Positions 18,681 to 29,174 of a stretch of DNA of 64,000 nucleotides are shown in pieces. How positions within the stretch are numbered: the stretch's first letter is position 1; every line of letters starts with the position of its first letter. Under the pieces are notes generated by a model, which worked only from the letters and a program-made list of their open reading frames with translations, was not told the origin of the DNA and ran no database searches. Origin of the DNA: Clostridia bacterium (GTDB lineage Bacteria; Bacillota; Clostridia; UMGS1810). The stretch covers positions 70,310 to 134,309 of the forward strand of contig JAGATB010000033.1 in assembly GCA_017621495.1 (NCBI GenBank), read 5' to 3'. The position numbers and the translations under genes were made by a program.

Positions 18681-20291
18681 ATGGCGTACCAAACCCTTTA
18701 CAGAAAGTGGAGACCTCAAAACTTTGATGAAGTAGTTGGTCAGACTCATATTACAAACACACTGAAAAATGAGATTATCAGCGGCAAAACCGCTCACGCA
18801 TATATGTTTACCGGTACCAGAGGTACCGGTAAGACCTCCACTGCCAAAATCCTCAGTCGTGCTCTTAATTGTGAAGCTCCGCAGGGTGGTAATCCCTGCA
18901 ATCAATGTCCTACCTGTATGGGTATATTAAATGAGAGCATTCTTGATGTTGTGGAGATGGATGCTGCTTCCAATAACGGTGTTGAGAATATCAGAGATAT
19001 TATAGACCAGGTTCGCTATTCTACTGCCAGCAGTAAGTATAAAGTTTATATCATCGACGAAGTCCACATGCTATCTATGGGTGCTTTTAATGCACTTTTA
19101 AAGACTCTGGAGGAGCCTCCCTCTCATGTGGTTTTCATTCTTGCTACTACGGAAATCCACAAGGTTCCTGCTACCATTCTTTCCAGATGTCAGAGATTTG
19201 ATTTTAAAAATATCACTGCCGCAGATATATCCGGCGCTGTTGCGAGGATTTTGCAGGCAGAGGGTATCACTGCCCAAAGCGATGCAGTAGAGTATATAGC
19301 ATATTTGGGCAATGGCTCTATGAGAGATGCCCTCAGTATTACGGAGCAGTGTCTTGCTTATAAACCGAATGACCTTACTTATTCCGATGTTACGGAAATT
19401 CTGGGCACATTGGATGATGAATTCCTTTATAATGCCGCTTCTCATATAGCCAATGCGGATACCAAGCAACTTCTCATATTATTCAATGATTGTATCGCCG
19501 GTGGCAAAAATCCCGACAGCTTTATAGAGGGCTTGCTTAAGGCAATGAGAGATATCCTGCTGTATAATATGGCTCCGGAAATATGCGATTTTACCACCAA
19601 GAAAAAACAATTAATAGAGAAAACCGCTTCTTTGTATACTCAGGAAAAACTCGTTCGCTGTATAGACATGCTGGGAGGGGCACTTCGTGATATCAAGCTT
19701 TCATCCAACTCACGGGTAATTACAGAGTGCACTTTGGTGCGTCTTTCGGCGCCACAATATGACGTAGACACCGCTTCGCTTTTAGATAGGATTTCTTCTT
19801 TGGAGAATAAGCTTGCCCGGGGCAATTTTGCCTTAGCGGCACCCAAACAAGTATTGACAGATGCGTCTTCTGAACCACAGCAGACAGCGCAAGCTGAGCC
19901 ACCTGCAGAAGCCAAGGTTCATCAGCCTGTTCCGGCTGTACCTGCAAATGCGGATATCAATGCAGTTGTTACTCGGTGGGATGATGTCAAACGTGTCCTT
20001 GAGCAAAACGGTAAGCTTATATCATTTGTATCTCTGTATGGTGTTGTGCCCAGGGGAGAGGGTGATACACTTATCTTGCCATTTGATACCAAAGAGGCTG
20101 CTGCTAAGTTCAATTCCGGTTCTGCCTTGGCTGATGTTAAAGAGGCCATTAATATGATTTTCGGCTTGCAGCCGCAGGTGAAATGCATTTTTGAGGAAGC
20201 AAATAACGAAAATATCCCCGCCGGGAATGATATTTTTGATAATCTTGCTAAAATAAGCACACAATTCCCGGAAAATTTTAAAATTGATTAA
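18681..20291 (+). CDS. dnaX: DNA polymerase III subunits gamma/tau
   Basis: Motifs MAYQTLYRKWRPQNFDEVVGQ, GTRGTGKTS (Walker A), the zinc module CNQCPTC, and IIDEVHMLS. The start is set at 18681 (GGAGG SD) because the upstream ATG lies inside the SRP RNA terminator. Confidence 0.93.
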   Translation: MAYQTLYRKWRPQNFDEVVGQTHITNTLKNEIISGKTAHAYMFTGTRGTGKTSTAKILSRALNCEAPQGGNPCNQCPTCMGILNESILDVVEMDAASNNGVENIRDIIDQVRYSTASSKYKVYIIDEVHMLSMGAFNALLKTLEEPPSHVVFILATTEIHKVPATILSRCQRFDFKNITAADISGAVARILQAEGITAQSDAVEYIAYLGNGSMRDALSITEQCLAYKPNDLTYSDVTEILGTLDDEFLYNAASHIANADTKQLLILFNDCIAGGKNPDSFIEGLLKAMRDILLYNMAPEICDFTTKKKQLIEKTASLYTQEKLVRCIDMLGGALRDIKLSSNSRVITECTLVRLSAPQYDVDTASLLDRISSLENKLARGNFALAAPKQVLTDASSEPQQTAQAEPPAEAKVHQPVPAVPANADINAVVTRWDDVKRVLEQNGKLISFVSLYGVVPRGEGDTLILPFDTKEAAAKFNSGSALADVKEAINMIFGLQPQVKCIFEEANNENIPAGNDIFDNLAKISTQFPENFKID

Positions 20292-20299
20292 TACAAAAA

Positions 20300-20328
20300 T
20301 TGACAAATGCTTACAAAAGTGGTATAAT
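20300..20328 (+). promoter_or_regulatory. Sigma-A promoter of hom-thrB-aspartokinase
   Basis: TTGACA (20300-20305), a 17-nt spacer, then TGgTATAAT (20320-20328). Confidence 0.7.
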
Positions 20329-20374
20329 AGAATGCAAATTTGACTTGGTATACAAATAGTTTGGAGGAAAACAA

Positions 20375-21580
20375 ATGGCAAAGGTATGTATAATAGGTTT
20401 CGGATGTATCGGTTCCGGAACGTATGAGATTTTAAAACATAATCAGGATATTATAGCAGCACGCACCGGTGAGAGTATCGAAGTTAAGTACATTGTAGAT
20501 ATCAGAGATTTCTCTCAGCATGAAGTTGCTCCTCTTGTAACCACCGATTTTGATAAGATTTTAGCTGATGATGACCTTGATATAGTGGTAGAAACCATGG
20601 GCGGTGTCGGTCCTGCATATACATACACCAAGGCAGCGCTTGAACACGGTAAGAGTGTTGTTACTTCCAACAAGGAGTTGGTAGCATCCAAGGGCGATGA
20701 GCTTTTCGGTATTGCACGTCAGAACGGCTGCAAGTATTTTTATGAAGCATCCGTAGGCGGCGGTATCCCCATAATCAGACCTATGCTCACCAGTCTTAAT
20801 GCTAATAATATAACAGAAATTACAGGTATTTTAAACGGTACCACTAACTATATACTTACCAAGATGATTAAAGAGGGCACTGACTTTGATACAGCAGTAT
20901 CCAATGCTCAGAAGCTTGGATACGCAGAGCGTGATCCCTCTGCCGATGTGGAAGGTCATGATACCTGCAAGAAGATATCCATACTGTCATCTATGGCCTT
21001 GGGTAGGAAGGTTAATTATGAGGACGTATATACACAGGGTATAACTGCCGTCACAAGTGAAGATACCAAGTATGCCGAGTCTCTCGGATGCGCTATAAAG
21101 CTTATAGGCAGATTTAAGCAAGCTGCAGACGGTGCAGAGGTTTTGGTATCTCCTATGCTTGTAGACAGCTCAAGCCCGCTCTATGGCGTGGAGGATGTAT
21201 TCAATGCCGTTAAGGTTACAGGCGATATGCTGGGAGATGCTCTTTTCTACGGTAAAGGTGCAGGTAAGCTTGCTACTGCAAGTGCCGTAGTTTCCGATAT
21301 TATAGAAGTATTAAAGGATGCACGTGATGACATAAACGCACCGTGGCTGCCATGCTCGGAAAAGATAATTAAGGATTACTCCCATATCAGAGGCAGTTTC
21401 CTTGTGAGAATTAAAAATGAGCCTGATGCCTTTGCATTGGCACTTGAACGTTTTGACAATGCCCGTACACTTGAATTTATCGACGGCGAGTTTGCCGTTG
21501 TTACAGGCGAGCTTTCTGTAGCAGAGCTTGAAGCTTCACTTGAAGGATTAGATGTTATAAGCAAATATATGTTTGCTTAA
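20375..21580 (+). CDS. hom: Homoserine dehydrogenase
   Basis: The Rossmann N-terminus is IIGFGCIGSG. Motifs SNKELVA, EASVGGGIPII and GILNGTTNYILT. A C-terminal ACT-like domain is present. Confidence 0.92.
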   Translation: MAKVCIIGFGCIGSGTYEILKHNQDIIAARTGESIEVKYIVDIRDFSQHEVAPLVTTDFDKILADDDLDIVVETMGGVGPAYTYTKAALEHGKSVVTSNKELVASKGDELFGIARQNGCKYFYEASVGGGIPIIRPMLTSLNANNITEITGILNGTTNYILTKMIKEGTDFDTAVSNAQKLGYAERDPSADVEGHDTCKKISILSSMALGRKVNYEDVYTQGITAVTSEDTKYAESLGCAIKLIGRFKQAADGAEVLVSPMLVDSSSPLYGVEDVFNAVKVTGDMLGDALFYGKGAGKLATASAVVSDIIEVLKDARDDINAPWLPCSEKIIKDYSHIRGSFLVRIKNEPDAFALALERFDNARTLEFIDGEFAVVTGELSVAELEASLEGLDVISKYMFA

Positions 21581-21590
21581 GGAGGATAAA

Positions 21591-22481
21591 ATGGTTACTG
21601 TCAGAGTTCCTGCTTCAAGTGCAAATATAGGTCCCGGATTTGATTCCCTGGGTATTGCACTTAGCTTATACAACACAGCTGAATTTGAACTCACTGACGG
21701 TGGGCTTGAGATTATTATTAAAGATGATGCCCCCCACATTCCCCTTAATGAGAACAATTATGTTTATGTGGGTTTTAAGAGAGTGTTTGATGAAGCCGGA
21801 GAAACCTTTGACGGTGTACGCATCAGCCTCATAAGTGATATCCCCGTAACACGTGGCTTGGGGAGCAGTTCATCAAGCATAGTTCTGGGTCTTATGGGTG
21901 CCAACCGCATTTTAAATGACCGCTTTACCAAAGATGAGCTTCTGCGTATGGCGTATGATATAGAGGGGCATCCCGACAATGTGACACCTGCTCTTATGGG
22001 CGGTTTCACCGTAGCAGTCCCTGACAATGGCAGAGTTGTCTACTCCAGGACGGATGTATCACTCAAGCTTAGATTTGCAGCCATGATACCGGAATTTTAT
22101 TTTCAAACCAGGAAATCCCGTGGGATTTTGCCGTCGTTTGTTACATTCAGAGCTGCGGCTTTTAATGTGGCTCATTCGGCACTTGTGGCTGCCGCTTTTT
22201 CAAAGGGGGATTATTCACTGCTTAAGTCTGCCGTTAAAGACAGACTTCATGAGCGATTACGTTTCGGCAAAATCAAAAGCGGAGAATATGTTACGCGTTG
22301 TGCACGTCGCTCAGGTGCTATATGCAGTTATTTAAGCGGGGCAGGCCCCACAATTTTGTCAATTGTCGATGAGGACTTTGAACACTTTGAAGAGCAGATG
22401 AATAATCTTATAAAAACGAACCTTAAAGATTGGCGGCTTGTAATGCTTACTGCCGACAATGAAGGTGCGACATATATTTAA
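21591..22481 (+). CDS. thrB: Homoserine kinase
   Basis: VPASSANIGPGFDSLG and the GHMP motif PVTRGLGSSSSS. The start is at the SD-supported ATG 21591. Confidence 0.92.
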   Translation: MVTVRVPASSANIGPGFDSLGIALSLYNTAEFELTDGGLEIIIKDDAPHIPLNENNYVYVGFKRVFDEAGETFDGVRISLISDIPVTRGLGSSSSSIVLGLMGANRILNDRFTKDELLRMAYDIEGHPDNVTPALMGGFTVAVPDNGRVVYSRTDVSLKLRFAAMIPEFYFQTRKSRGILPSFVTFRAAAFNVAHSALVAAAFSKGDYSLLKSAVKDRLHERLRFGKIKSGEYVTRCARRSGAICSYLSGAGPTILSIVDEDFEHFEEQMNNLIKTNLKDWRLVMLTADNEGATYI

Positions 22482-22512
22482 ATATTTGCTAAATATAAAG
22501 GAGGTAAACTTT

Positions 22513-23721
22513 GTGAGCTTAATAGTACAAAAATTCGGCGGTTCCTCTGTCAGAGACGCTGAAAGAGTGATGAATGTTGCAAGGCGTGTTGTAGACACAT
22601 ACAAAGCGGGTAATTCCGTAGTAGTTGTTGTTTCTGCCCAAGGCGACACCACAGATGATTTAATCGAAAAAGCCAAGGAGATTAACCCCAAGGCTTCCAA
22701 AAGAGAAATGGATATGCTTTTATCCACCGGAGAACAGATTTCTATTGCACTTCTGGCAATGGCGATTCAGACTCTGGGTGTGAATGCAGTATCTCTTACC
22801 GGATGGCAGGTAGGTATGAAAACCGATTCCAAATACGGTATGGCGAGAATTAAGAGCATAGACGGTGAAAGAATTCGTAACGAGCTTGATGATAATAAAA
22901 TTGTTATCGTTGCAGGCTTCCAGGGTATCAATAAATATGATGATATCACTACCCTGGGCAGAGGCGGCTCGGATACTACTGCCGTAGCTATTGCGGCAGG
23001 GCTTCATGCGGACCTTTGCGAAATATATACAGATGTTGACGGTGTATATACCACCGACCCCAGAATCGTTCCCGAGGCGAGAAAGCTTACCGAGGTTTCT
23101 TTTGATGAGATGCTTGAGCTTGCCAGCCTTGGAGCAAACGTTCTTCATAACCGTTCGGTTGAAATGGCTAAAAAATATAATGTAAATATGAGTGTTCGTT
23201 CGAGTCTTAACTTAAACGAAGGAACATATGTTAAGGAGGAAAGTAAAGTGGAAAAGACACTTGTAAGAGGCGTAGCGCGTGATAATGATGTTGCAAGAAT
23301 AGCTGTTTGTAATTTAAAGGATGAACCCGGTATTGCATTTAAAATATTCTCCCTTTTGGCAAAGAATGGTATCAATGTAGATATAATTCTTCAGTCCATC
23401 GGCAGAGAAGGCTTCAAGGATATCAGCTTTACCGTATCTGAATCCAACGCAGAGAAAGCAGAGGAAATCCTTACAGCAGAAAAATCATATCTCGGATTTG
23501 AAGATATTAAGATTTCCACAAACTTCTCCAAGGTTTCCATAGTAGGAAGCGGTATGGTAAACAACCCCGGAGTTGCAAGCAAGATGTTTGAGGCACTCTA
23601 CGATGCCAATATCAATATCCACATGATAGCAACTTCCGAAATCAAGGTATCCGTGCTTGTAAATAAGGACAATGCCGATGCTGCGGTAAAGGCTATCCAT
23701 GACAAGTTTAACCTTGCATAA
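22513..23721 (+). CDS. lysC: Aspartate kinase (with tandem ACT domains)
   Basis: Motifs LIVQKFGGSSV, TLGRGGSDTTA and IYTDVDGVYTTDPR. GTG start at 22513, 7 nt after AAGGAGG. Confidence 0.9.
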   Translation: MSLIVQKFGGSSVRDAERVMNVARRVVDTYKAGNSVVVVVSAQGDTTDDLIEKAKEINPKASKREMDMLLSTGEQISIALLAMAIQTLGVNAVSLTGWQVGMKTDSKYGMARIKSIDGERIRNELDDNKIVIVAGFQGINKYDDITTLGRGGSDTTAVAIAAGLHADLCEIYTDVDGVYTTDPRIVPEARKLTEVSFDEMLELASLGANVLHNRSVEMAKKYNVNMSVRSSLNLNEGTYVKEESKVEKTLVRGVARDNDVARIAVCNLKDEPGIAFKIFSLLAKNGINVDIILQSIGREGFKDISFTVSESNAEKAEEILTAEKSYLGFEDIKISTNFSKVSIVGSGMVNNPGVASKMFEALYDANINIHMIATSEIKVSVLVNKDNADAAVKAIHDKFNLA

Positions 23722-23819
23722 TTTTAGAATAAAATAACGATAGGGGAACACGGTCCTTGGTTTGGTGTATTGCCATGCCATGGCATAGTGTTCCCCAAAA
23801 GTATATAAAGAGGTGTATA

Positions 23820-24587
23820 ATGAGTAACAACGAAGCCCAAAATACAACCAATAGAATAGAAGGCAGAAATCCCGTGACAGAAGCACTGAAATCAGGCAGG
23901 ACCATAGACAAGATTTTAGTTCAGTCCGGTGATAAAAACGGCTCCATACGTAAGATAATTGCGCTTGCACGTGAGAAAAAAATTGTCATCACAGAAGTAG
24001 AGCGTTCTAAGCTTGACAAGCTATCGGAGACCAAATCACATCAGGGTGTCATAGCGTTTGCGGCAGCCAAGGAATACAGCACTATAGATGAAATCCTGCA
24101 ATTTGCTATGGATAAGGGAGAGCCTCCTTTTGTGATAATAGCAGATGATTTAAATGACCCTCATAACCTGGGTTCAATAATACGTACAGCTAATGCTGCA
24201 GGTGCTCACGGTGTGATTATACCCAAACGTAATTCTGTGGGCCTCAGCCCCGTAGTGGAGAAAACATCTGCAGGAGCACTGGAATTTATGAAGGTAGCCA
24301 GAGTGTCCAATCTCGCCTCGGCTATAGATACCCTTAAGAAAGCCAATGTGTGGATTGTAGGTGCTGATATGGATGGTGATAATACTATCTATACACATGA
24401 CTTTTCGGGCAGTGTGGGCATAGTGGTAGGCTCTGAGGGCAAGGGGATATCACGCCTTGTAAAGGAAAAGTGCGATTTTATTGTGAGAATACCTATGTTC
24501 GGACAGATAAATTCATTAAATGCATCCGTTGCGGCGGCTCTTATGATCTATGAAGTTGCTCGCACCAGATGCAATAAGGAAGGATGA
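23820..24587 (+). CDS. rlmB: 23S rRNA (guanosine-2'-O)-methyltransferase RlmB (SpoU/TrmH family)
   Basis: Motifs IEGRNPVTEAL, HQGVIA, DPHNLGSIIRTA and VGSEGKGIS. The start is at the SD-supported ATG 23820. Confidence 0.88.
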   Translation: MSNNEAQNTTNRIEGRNPVTEALKSGRTIDKILVQSGDKNGSIRKIIALAREKKIVITEVERSKLDKLSETKSHQGVIAFAAAKEYSTIDEILQFAMDKGEPPFVIIADDLNDPHNLGSIIRTANAAGAHGVIIPKRNSVGLSPVVEKTSAGALEFMKVARVSNLASAIDTLKKANVWIVGADMDGDNTIYTHDFSGSVGIVVGSEGKGISRLVKEKCDFIVRIPMFGQINSLNASVAAALMIYEVARTRCNKEG

Positions 24588-26809
24588 AATTTAAATTGAA
24601 AAAGTCTTATTTTACCGTTACCGGCATGTCATGTGCCGCTTGCTCGGCAAGTGTGGAGAGGGCAGTTTCTTCACTAAACGGTGTAAGCAGTGCGGCAGTT
24701 AATCTTACCACGGGTAAGCTTACCGTGGAGTATGATGAGACACTGTTGTGCGGTAAGGATATTGAAGCGGCAATTATTAAAATCGGCTTTGGTGTGAATC
24801 ATGACAGTTTTGAAGAGAATCTTTCTCATAAAACCGACGAAGTAACTGTCATGAAGCATAAGCTTACTGCGTCGGCGATATTTGCCATTCCGTTGTTCTA
24901 TGTCTCTATGGGTCATATGTTAGGTCTGCCCGTACCGGCATTTATGGACCCAGGTATTAATCCCTTTATGTATGCTCTCGTACAGCTTATACTTGCGGTG
25001 GGATGTATGATAGCCGGCTATAAGTTCTATGTAAATGGTTTCAGGAATCTTTTTGCTATGAGACCAAATATGGATTCTCTCGTCGCTGTAGGTACTACTG
25101 CTGCATTTGTATATGGTGTGGTTTTAATGTACGATATGACAGTTAACACTCATGCCAATCATGCACATAACCTTTATTTTGAATCTGTGGGTGTTATTAT
25201 AACACTGATACAGCTTGGCAAATACTTGGAGAATCGCTCCAAGCTTCGTACCAATGATGCTATCATCAAGCTTATAGAGCTTGCACCCAAACAGGCTACT
25301 GTTATAAGAGATGGTGAAAAGGTTATCATTGACGCTGATGATATACAGATAGGTGACATAGTTGCCATATCGCCCGGCGAAAAAATCCCCGTGGACGGTA
25401 TTGTTGTCAGCGGCAATACTACAGTGGATGAATCCATGCTTACCGGAGAGAGTATTCCTGTAGAAAAAGCGGTGGACAGCAGAGTATATACCGGCTGTAT
25501 CAACAAATACGGATATATAGAGGTGGAGTGCAAGGTATCTAACGAGGATACCGTAATTGCACGTATTGTGAGTATGGTAGAGGAGGCTTCCGGCTCCAAG
25601 CCCAAGCTTGCACATCTCGCTGATAAAATTTGTTCGGTTTTCGTACCGTGCGTTATAGGCTCAGCACTTCTTACTGCGTTTATTTGGAGCCTTATCGGTG
25701 CAGATTTGTCCTATGTTATAGATAGATTTATCAGCGTATTGGTAGTGGCTTGCCCCTGTGCATTGGGTCTGGCTACCCCTACAGCAGTCATAGTTTCCGT
25801 GGGCAGAGCCGCAAATGAGGGTATTCTGGTAAAGGATGCTCAGTCTATGGAGCTTTTAAATTCTGTTGATACATTTGTTTTTGATAAGACAGGCACACTT
25901 ACCAAGGGTGAGCCTGCAGTGACAGATATATCTGTTGCCGGTGGCTTTAATGAAACCGAGGTGCTCACCTATGCTATGAGTGTAGAAGCTGTCTCGGAAC
26001 ATCCTCTCAGTGATGCTGTATATGAATTTGCTTCTTCCAAAGGCATCGTCGAAGTTAAAACAGAAAATTTTGAAGCCATAAGCGGCAAGGGTATCAAAGC
26101 AACAGTTAAGGGCAAAGAAATTCTTGTGGGCAACAGATTACTTATGCAAGAAAATTCTGTCTCGGTTTCTTGCGATGAATCTATATATACATCTGATGGC
26201 AAGACGGTAATGTTTATGGCTGTAGATGGCGATTTTGCGGCTGCTATAGCTGCCAGAGATACCCTTAAAGCTGATGCCCGCCAAATGATAGACAGGCTTC
26301 ATAAGTCCGGCTGCAAAACAGTTCTTCTCACTGGAGACAATGCTCTTGTTGCCAATGCTATGGCAAAGGAACTTGGTATGGACGAAAGCATCGCCGAGGT
26401 ACTCCCGGAGGATAAGGCAAACAAGATTAAATCCCTCATGCAAAGCGGTAAGAGAGTAGCCATGGTAGGAGATGGCATTAACGATAGTGTGGCGCTTACT
26501 ATGGCAGATGTGGGTATATCTGTAGGCTCCGGTACTGAAATCGCTGTAGAAGCCGCAGATATAGTTATAATGAAAGATGAACTTACAGATATAGTAAAGG
26601 CAAAAAATATAAGCCATGTTACCATAAAAAATATAAAGCAGAATCTTTTCTATGCTTTTATATACAACACACTTCTCATTCCCGTAGCGGCAGGAGCACT
26701 AAATTTTGCAGGTATTACATTTAATCCTATGATAGCTGCTACTGCTATGGCTATGAGTTCTGTATCGGTTGTTTTGAATGCTTTAAGATTAAAAAAATCT
26801 AAGATATAA
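24584..26809 (+). CDS. copA: Copper-translocating P1B-type ATPase
   Basis: The N-terminal HMA domain has GMSCAACSASVE. Motifs TGES, the transmembrane ACPCALGLATP (CPC), DKTGTLT and VGDGINDS. The ATG overlaps the rlmB stop (ATGA). Confidence 0.92.
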   Translation: MKFKLKKSYFTVTGMSCAACSASVERAVSSLNGVSSAAVNLTTGKLTVEYDETLLCGKDIEAAIIKIGFGVNHDSFEENLSHKTDEVTVMKHKLTASAIFAIPLFYVSMGHMLGLPVPAFMDPGINPFMYALVQLILAVGCMIAGYKFYVNGFRNLFAMRPNMDSLVAVGTTAAFVYGVVLMYDMTVNTHANHAHNLYFESVGVIITLIQLGKYLENRSKLRTNDAIIKLIELAPKQATVIRDGEKVIIDADDIQIGDIVAISPGEKIPVDGIVVSGNTTVDESMLTGESIPVEKAVDSRVYTGCINKYGYIEVECKVSNEDTVIARIVSMVEEASGSKPKLAHLADKICSVFVPCVIGSALLTAFIWSLIGADLSYVIDRFISVLVVACPCALGLATPTAVIVSVGRAANEGILVKDAQSMELLNSVDTFVFDKTGTLTKGEPAVTDISVAGGFNETEVLTYAMSVEAVSEHPLSDAVYEFASSKGIVEVKTENFEAISGKGIKATVKGKEILVGNRLLMQENSVSVSCDESIYTSDGKTVMFMAVDGDFAAAIAARDTLKADARQMIDRLHKSGCKTVLLTGDNALVANAMAKELGMDESIAEVLPEDKANKIKSLMQSGKRVAMVGDGINDSVALTMADVGISVGSGTEIAVEAADIVIMKDELTDIVKAKNISHVTIKNIKQNLFYAFIYNTLLIPVAAGALNFAGITFNPMIAATAMAMSSVSVVLNALRLKKSKI

Positions 26810-26832
26810 ATTACAAAAGGAGAATAAGTACT

Positions 26833-27105
26833 ATGAAAAAAGCAATTGTAACTGTAGTAGGTAAAGATACCGTTGGTATTATCAGTTCTGTCAGCGGTGT
26901 TCTGTCGGAAAATAATGTAAATATATTGGATATATCGCAGACCATTCTTGACGGTATGTTTACTATGATGATGATTGTAGATGTTGAAAATATCAAAGTT
27001 GGATTTGCACAGCTTTCTGATGTTATGTCGCAGCTTGGCGCAAAAATCGGCGTAGATATCAGAATACAGCTTGAAGAGATATTTGAAGCTATGCACAGAA
27101 TTTAA
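26833..27105 (+). CDS. ACT-domain protein (UPF0237 family)
   Basis: MKKAIVTVVGKDTVGIISSVSGVLSENNVNILDISQT. It is the conserved partner of the downstream UPF0210 gene. Confidence 0.85.
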   Translation: MKKAIVTVVGKDTVGIISSVSGVLSENNVNILDISQTILDGMFTMMMIVDVENIKVGFAQLSDVMSQLGAKIGVDIRIQLEEIFEAMHRI

Positions 27106-27126
27106 CTTCGGAAAGGGTGATATATT

Positions 27127-28485
27127 ATGATAAACAAAGGAGAAGCATATGAAACCCTTCATATGATTGAAAATGAGCATCTTGACGTAAGAACGATTAC
27201 AATGGGTATATCTCTGCTTGATTGCATAGATTCTTCTGCTCAAAAAGCCTGTGAGCGCATTTATGATAAAATTACGAAAAAAGCTGAAAAATTGGTTAAA
27301 ACAGGCGAAGATATAGAGAAGGATTTTGGTATACCTATTATCAATAAGAGAGTTTCCGTTACACCTATGGCTCTTGTAGCCGGTGCGAGTGATGCAGACA
27401 ACTATGTGATGTTTGCCAAGACCATGGACAAGGCAGCCAAAGAGGTTGGAGTTAATTTCATAGGTGGATTTTCTGCACTTGTACAGAAAGGCTTTGCCAA
27501 AGGTGATAAAATTCTTATCGATTCTATACCACAGGCGTTGGCTGAAACAGATATAGTATGTTCTTCTGTTAATGTAGGCAGTACCAAAGCCGGTATCAAT
27601 ATGGATGCAGTTCGTCTTATGGGAGAGGTTATTAAGAAATCGGCAGATTTAACCAAGGCTTCAGACGGCTTTGGCTGTGCTAAGCTTGTTGTGTTTGCAA
27701 ATGCTGTAGAGGACAATCCCTTCATGGCAGGAGCTTTTCATGGGGTAGGTGAAGCAGACTGTGTTATTAACGTAGGTGTCAGCGGACCCGGTGTCGTCAA
27801 ATGTGCTCTTGAAAAGGTTAAGGGAGCAGATTTCGGCACTGTAGCAGAAACTATAAAGAAAACTGCCTTCAAGGTTACCCGTATGGGTCAGCTTGTTGCC
27901 CGTGAAGCTTCTCAAAGGCTTGGAGTGCCTTTCGGTATAGTAGACCTGTCATTAGCTCCTACTCCGGCAGTAGGAGACAGTGTTGCATATATATTAGAAG
28001 AAATGGGTCTCGAAAAATGCGGCACACATGGTACTACAGCAGCTTTGGCACTGTTAAACGATGCGGTTAAAAAGGGCGGTGTATTCGCTTCATCATCAGT
28101 AGGCGGTCTCAGCGGAGCATTTATACCAGTCAGTGAAGATGCGGGTATGATATCTGCTGCAAGCATCGGTGCATTATCTTTGGAGAAGCTTGAGGCTATG
28201 ACCTGCGTATGCTCTGTAGGACTTGATATGATAGTTATCCCCGGAGATACTACTGCGTCTACCATATCTGCAATTATAGCCGATGAAGCTGCTATCGGTA
28301 TGATAAATAATAAGACTACCGCTGTACGTATTATTCCCGCACCGGGTAAAAAAGTCGGTGATGTAGTTGAATTCGGAGGACTTCTGGGTACAGGACCTGT
28401 AATGAAGGTAAGCGAGTTTTCCAGTGAAGAATTTATAGCCAGAGGCGGCAGAATACCTGCTCCGATTCATAGCTTGAGAAACTAA
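27127..28485 (+). CDS. UPF0210 / DUF711 (PFL-like fold) protein
   Basis: The N-terminus [23 protein letters not shown] is typical of UPF0210. The length is 452 aa. Confidence 0.85.
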   Translation: MINKGEAYETLHMIENEHLDVRTITMGISLLDCIDSSAQKACERIYDKITKKAEKLVKTGEDIEKDFGIPIINKRVSVTPMALVAGASDADNYVMFAKTMDKAAKEVGVNFIGGFSALVQKGFAKGDKILIDSIPQALAETDIVCSSVNVGSTKAGINMDAVRLMGEVIKKSADLTKASDGFGCAKLVVFANAVEDNPFMAGAFHGVGEADCVINVGVSGPGVVKCALEKVKGADFGTVAETIKKTAFKVTRMGQLVAREASQRLGVPFGIVDLSLAPTPAVGDSVAYILEEMGLEKCGTHGTTAALALLNDAVKKGGVFASSSVGGLSGAFIPVSEDAGMISAASIGALSLEKLEAMTCVCSVGLDMIVIPGDTTASTISAIIADEAAIGMINNKTTAVRIIPAPGKKVGDVVEFGGLLGTGPVMKVSEFSSEEFIARGGRIPAPIHSLRN

Positions 28486-28506
28486 TAAGTTGGTATAGGT
28501 GTTTGT

Positions 28507-29103
28507 ATGCTAAGGATTAAAGAAGTGATAATAGTAGAAGGTAATTATGATAAATCCAAACTTGCGTCCTTGGTTGATGCTACGATAGTAGTGACAGACG
28601 GCTTTCTCATATTTAAGGATAAGAAGAAGTGCGATATGATAAAAGCTCTTGCCAAGGAAAACGGTGCCATCATTTTTACCGATAGTGACAGTGCAGGTTT
28701 TAAAATCAGAAACTATTTGAAGAACATTCTAGCGGATTGTAAAGTGCGTCACGCATATATTCCCGATATTAAGGGTAAAGAAAAACGCAAAAATCACCAT
28801 TCTAAGGAGGGTTTCCTCGGCGTAGAGGGTGTAAGTGACTCTGTGATACTAAAAGCACTTGAAAACGCAGGATTTGAGCTCGCTATAGATTCTGATGTTA
28901 AAAAGATAACCAAATCTGATTTTTTCGCTGATGGTCTCACAGGGAGCGGAGACAGCGCCCTGAAGAGGGAAGTATTGAAGAAGAAGCTTAACCTACCAAA
29001 GCATCTTTCGGCAAACATGCTTCTTGATGTTCTCAATAAGCTTTACGGTTACGATGAGTATAAAAAAATACTCTCAGCAATTGATAACGATAAAAAAATG
29101 TGA
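28507..29103 (+). CDS. Toprim-domain protein, RNase M5-like (DUF4093-type C-terminus)
   Basis: Toprim motifs are IIVEGNYDKSKL (the Glu) and IFTDSDSAGFKIRNYL (DxD). Confidence 0.7.
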   Translation: MLRIKEVIIVEGNYDKSKLASLVDATIVVTDGFLIFKDKKKCDMIKALAKENGAIIFTDSDSAGFKIRNYLKNILADCKVRHAYIPDIKGKEKRKNHHSKEGFLGVEGVSDSVILKALENAGFELAIDSDVKKITKSDFFADGLTGSGDSALKREVLKKKLNLPKHLSANMLLDVLNKLYGYDEYKKILSAIDNDKKM

Positions 29104-29137
29104 CGAGTTTCTACTATTATATATAAATATACAAGTT

Positions 29138-29174
29138 TCGACATCGGATTTTAACGTTCGATGTCGTTTTTTTT
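29138..29174 (+). terminator. Intrinsic terminator after the Toprim gene
   Basis: Stem TCGACATCG / CGATGTCG with a 12-nt loop, followed by T8. Confidence 0.8.

Noticed and set aside
26650-27243. 197-aa minus-strand ORF spanning the copA end, the ACT gene and the UPF0210 start
   Set aside because: It overlaps three well-supported plus-strand genes. The composition is low-complexity and Asn/Ile/Phe/Tyr-rich, which is an AT-rich artefact.
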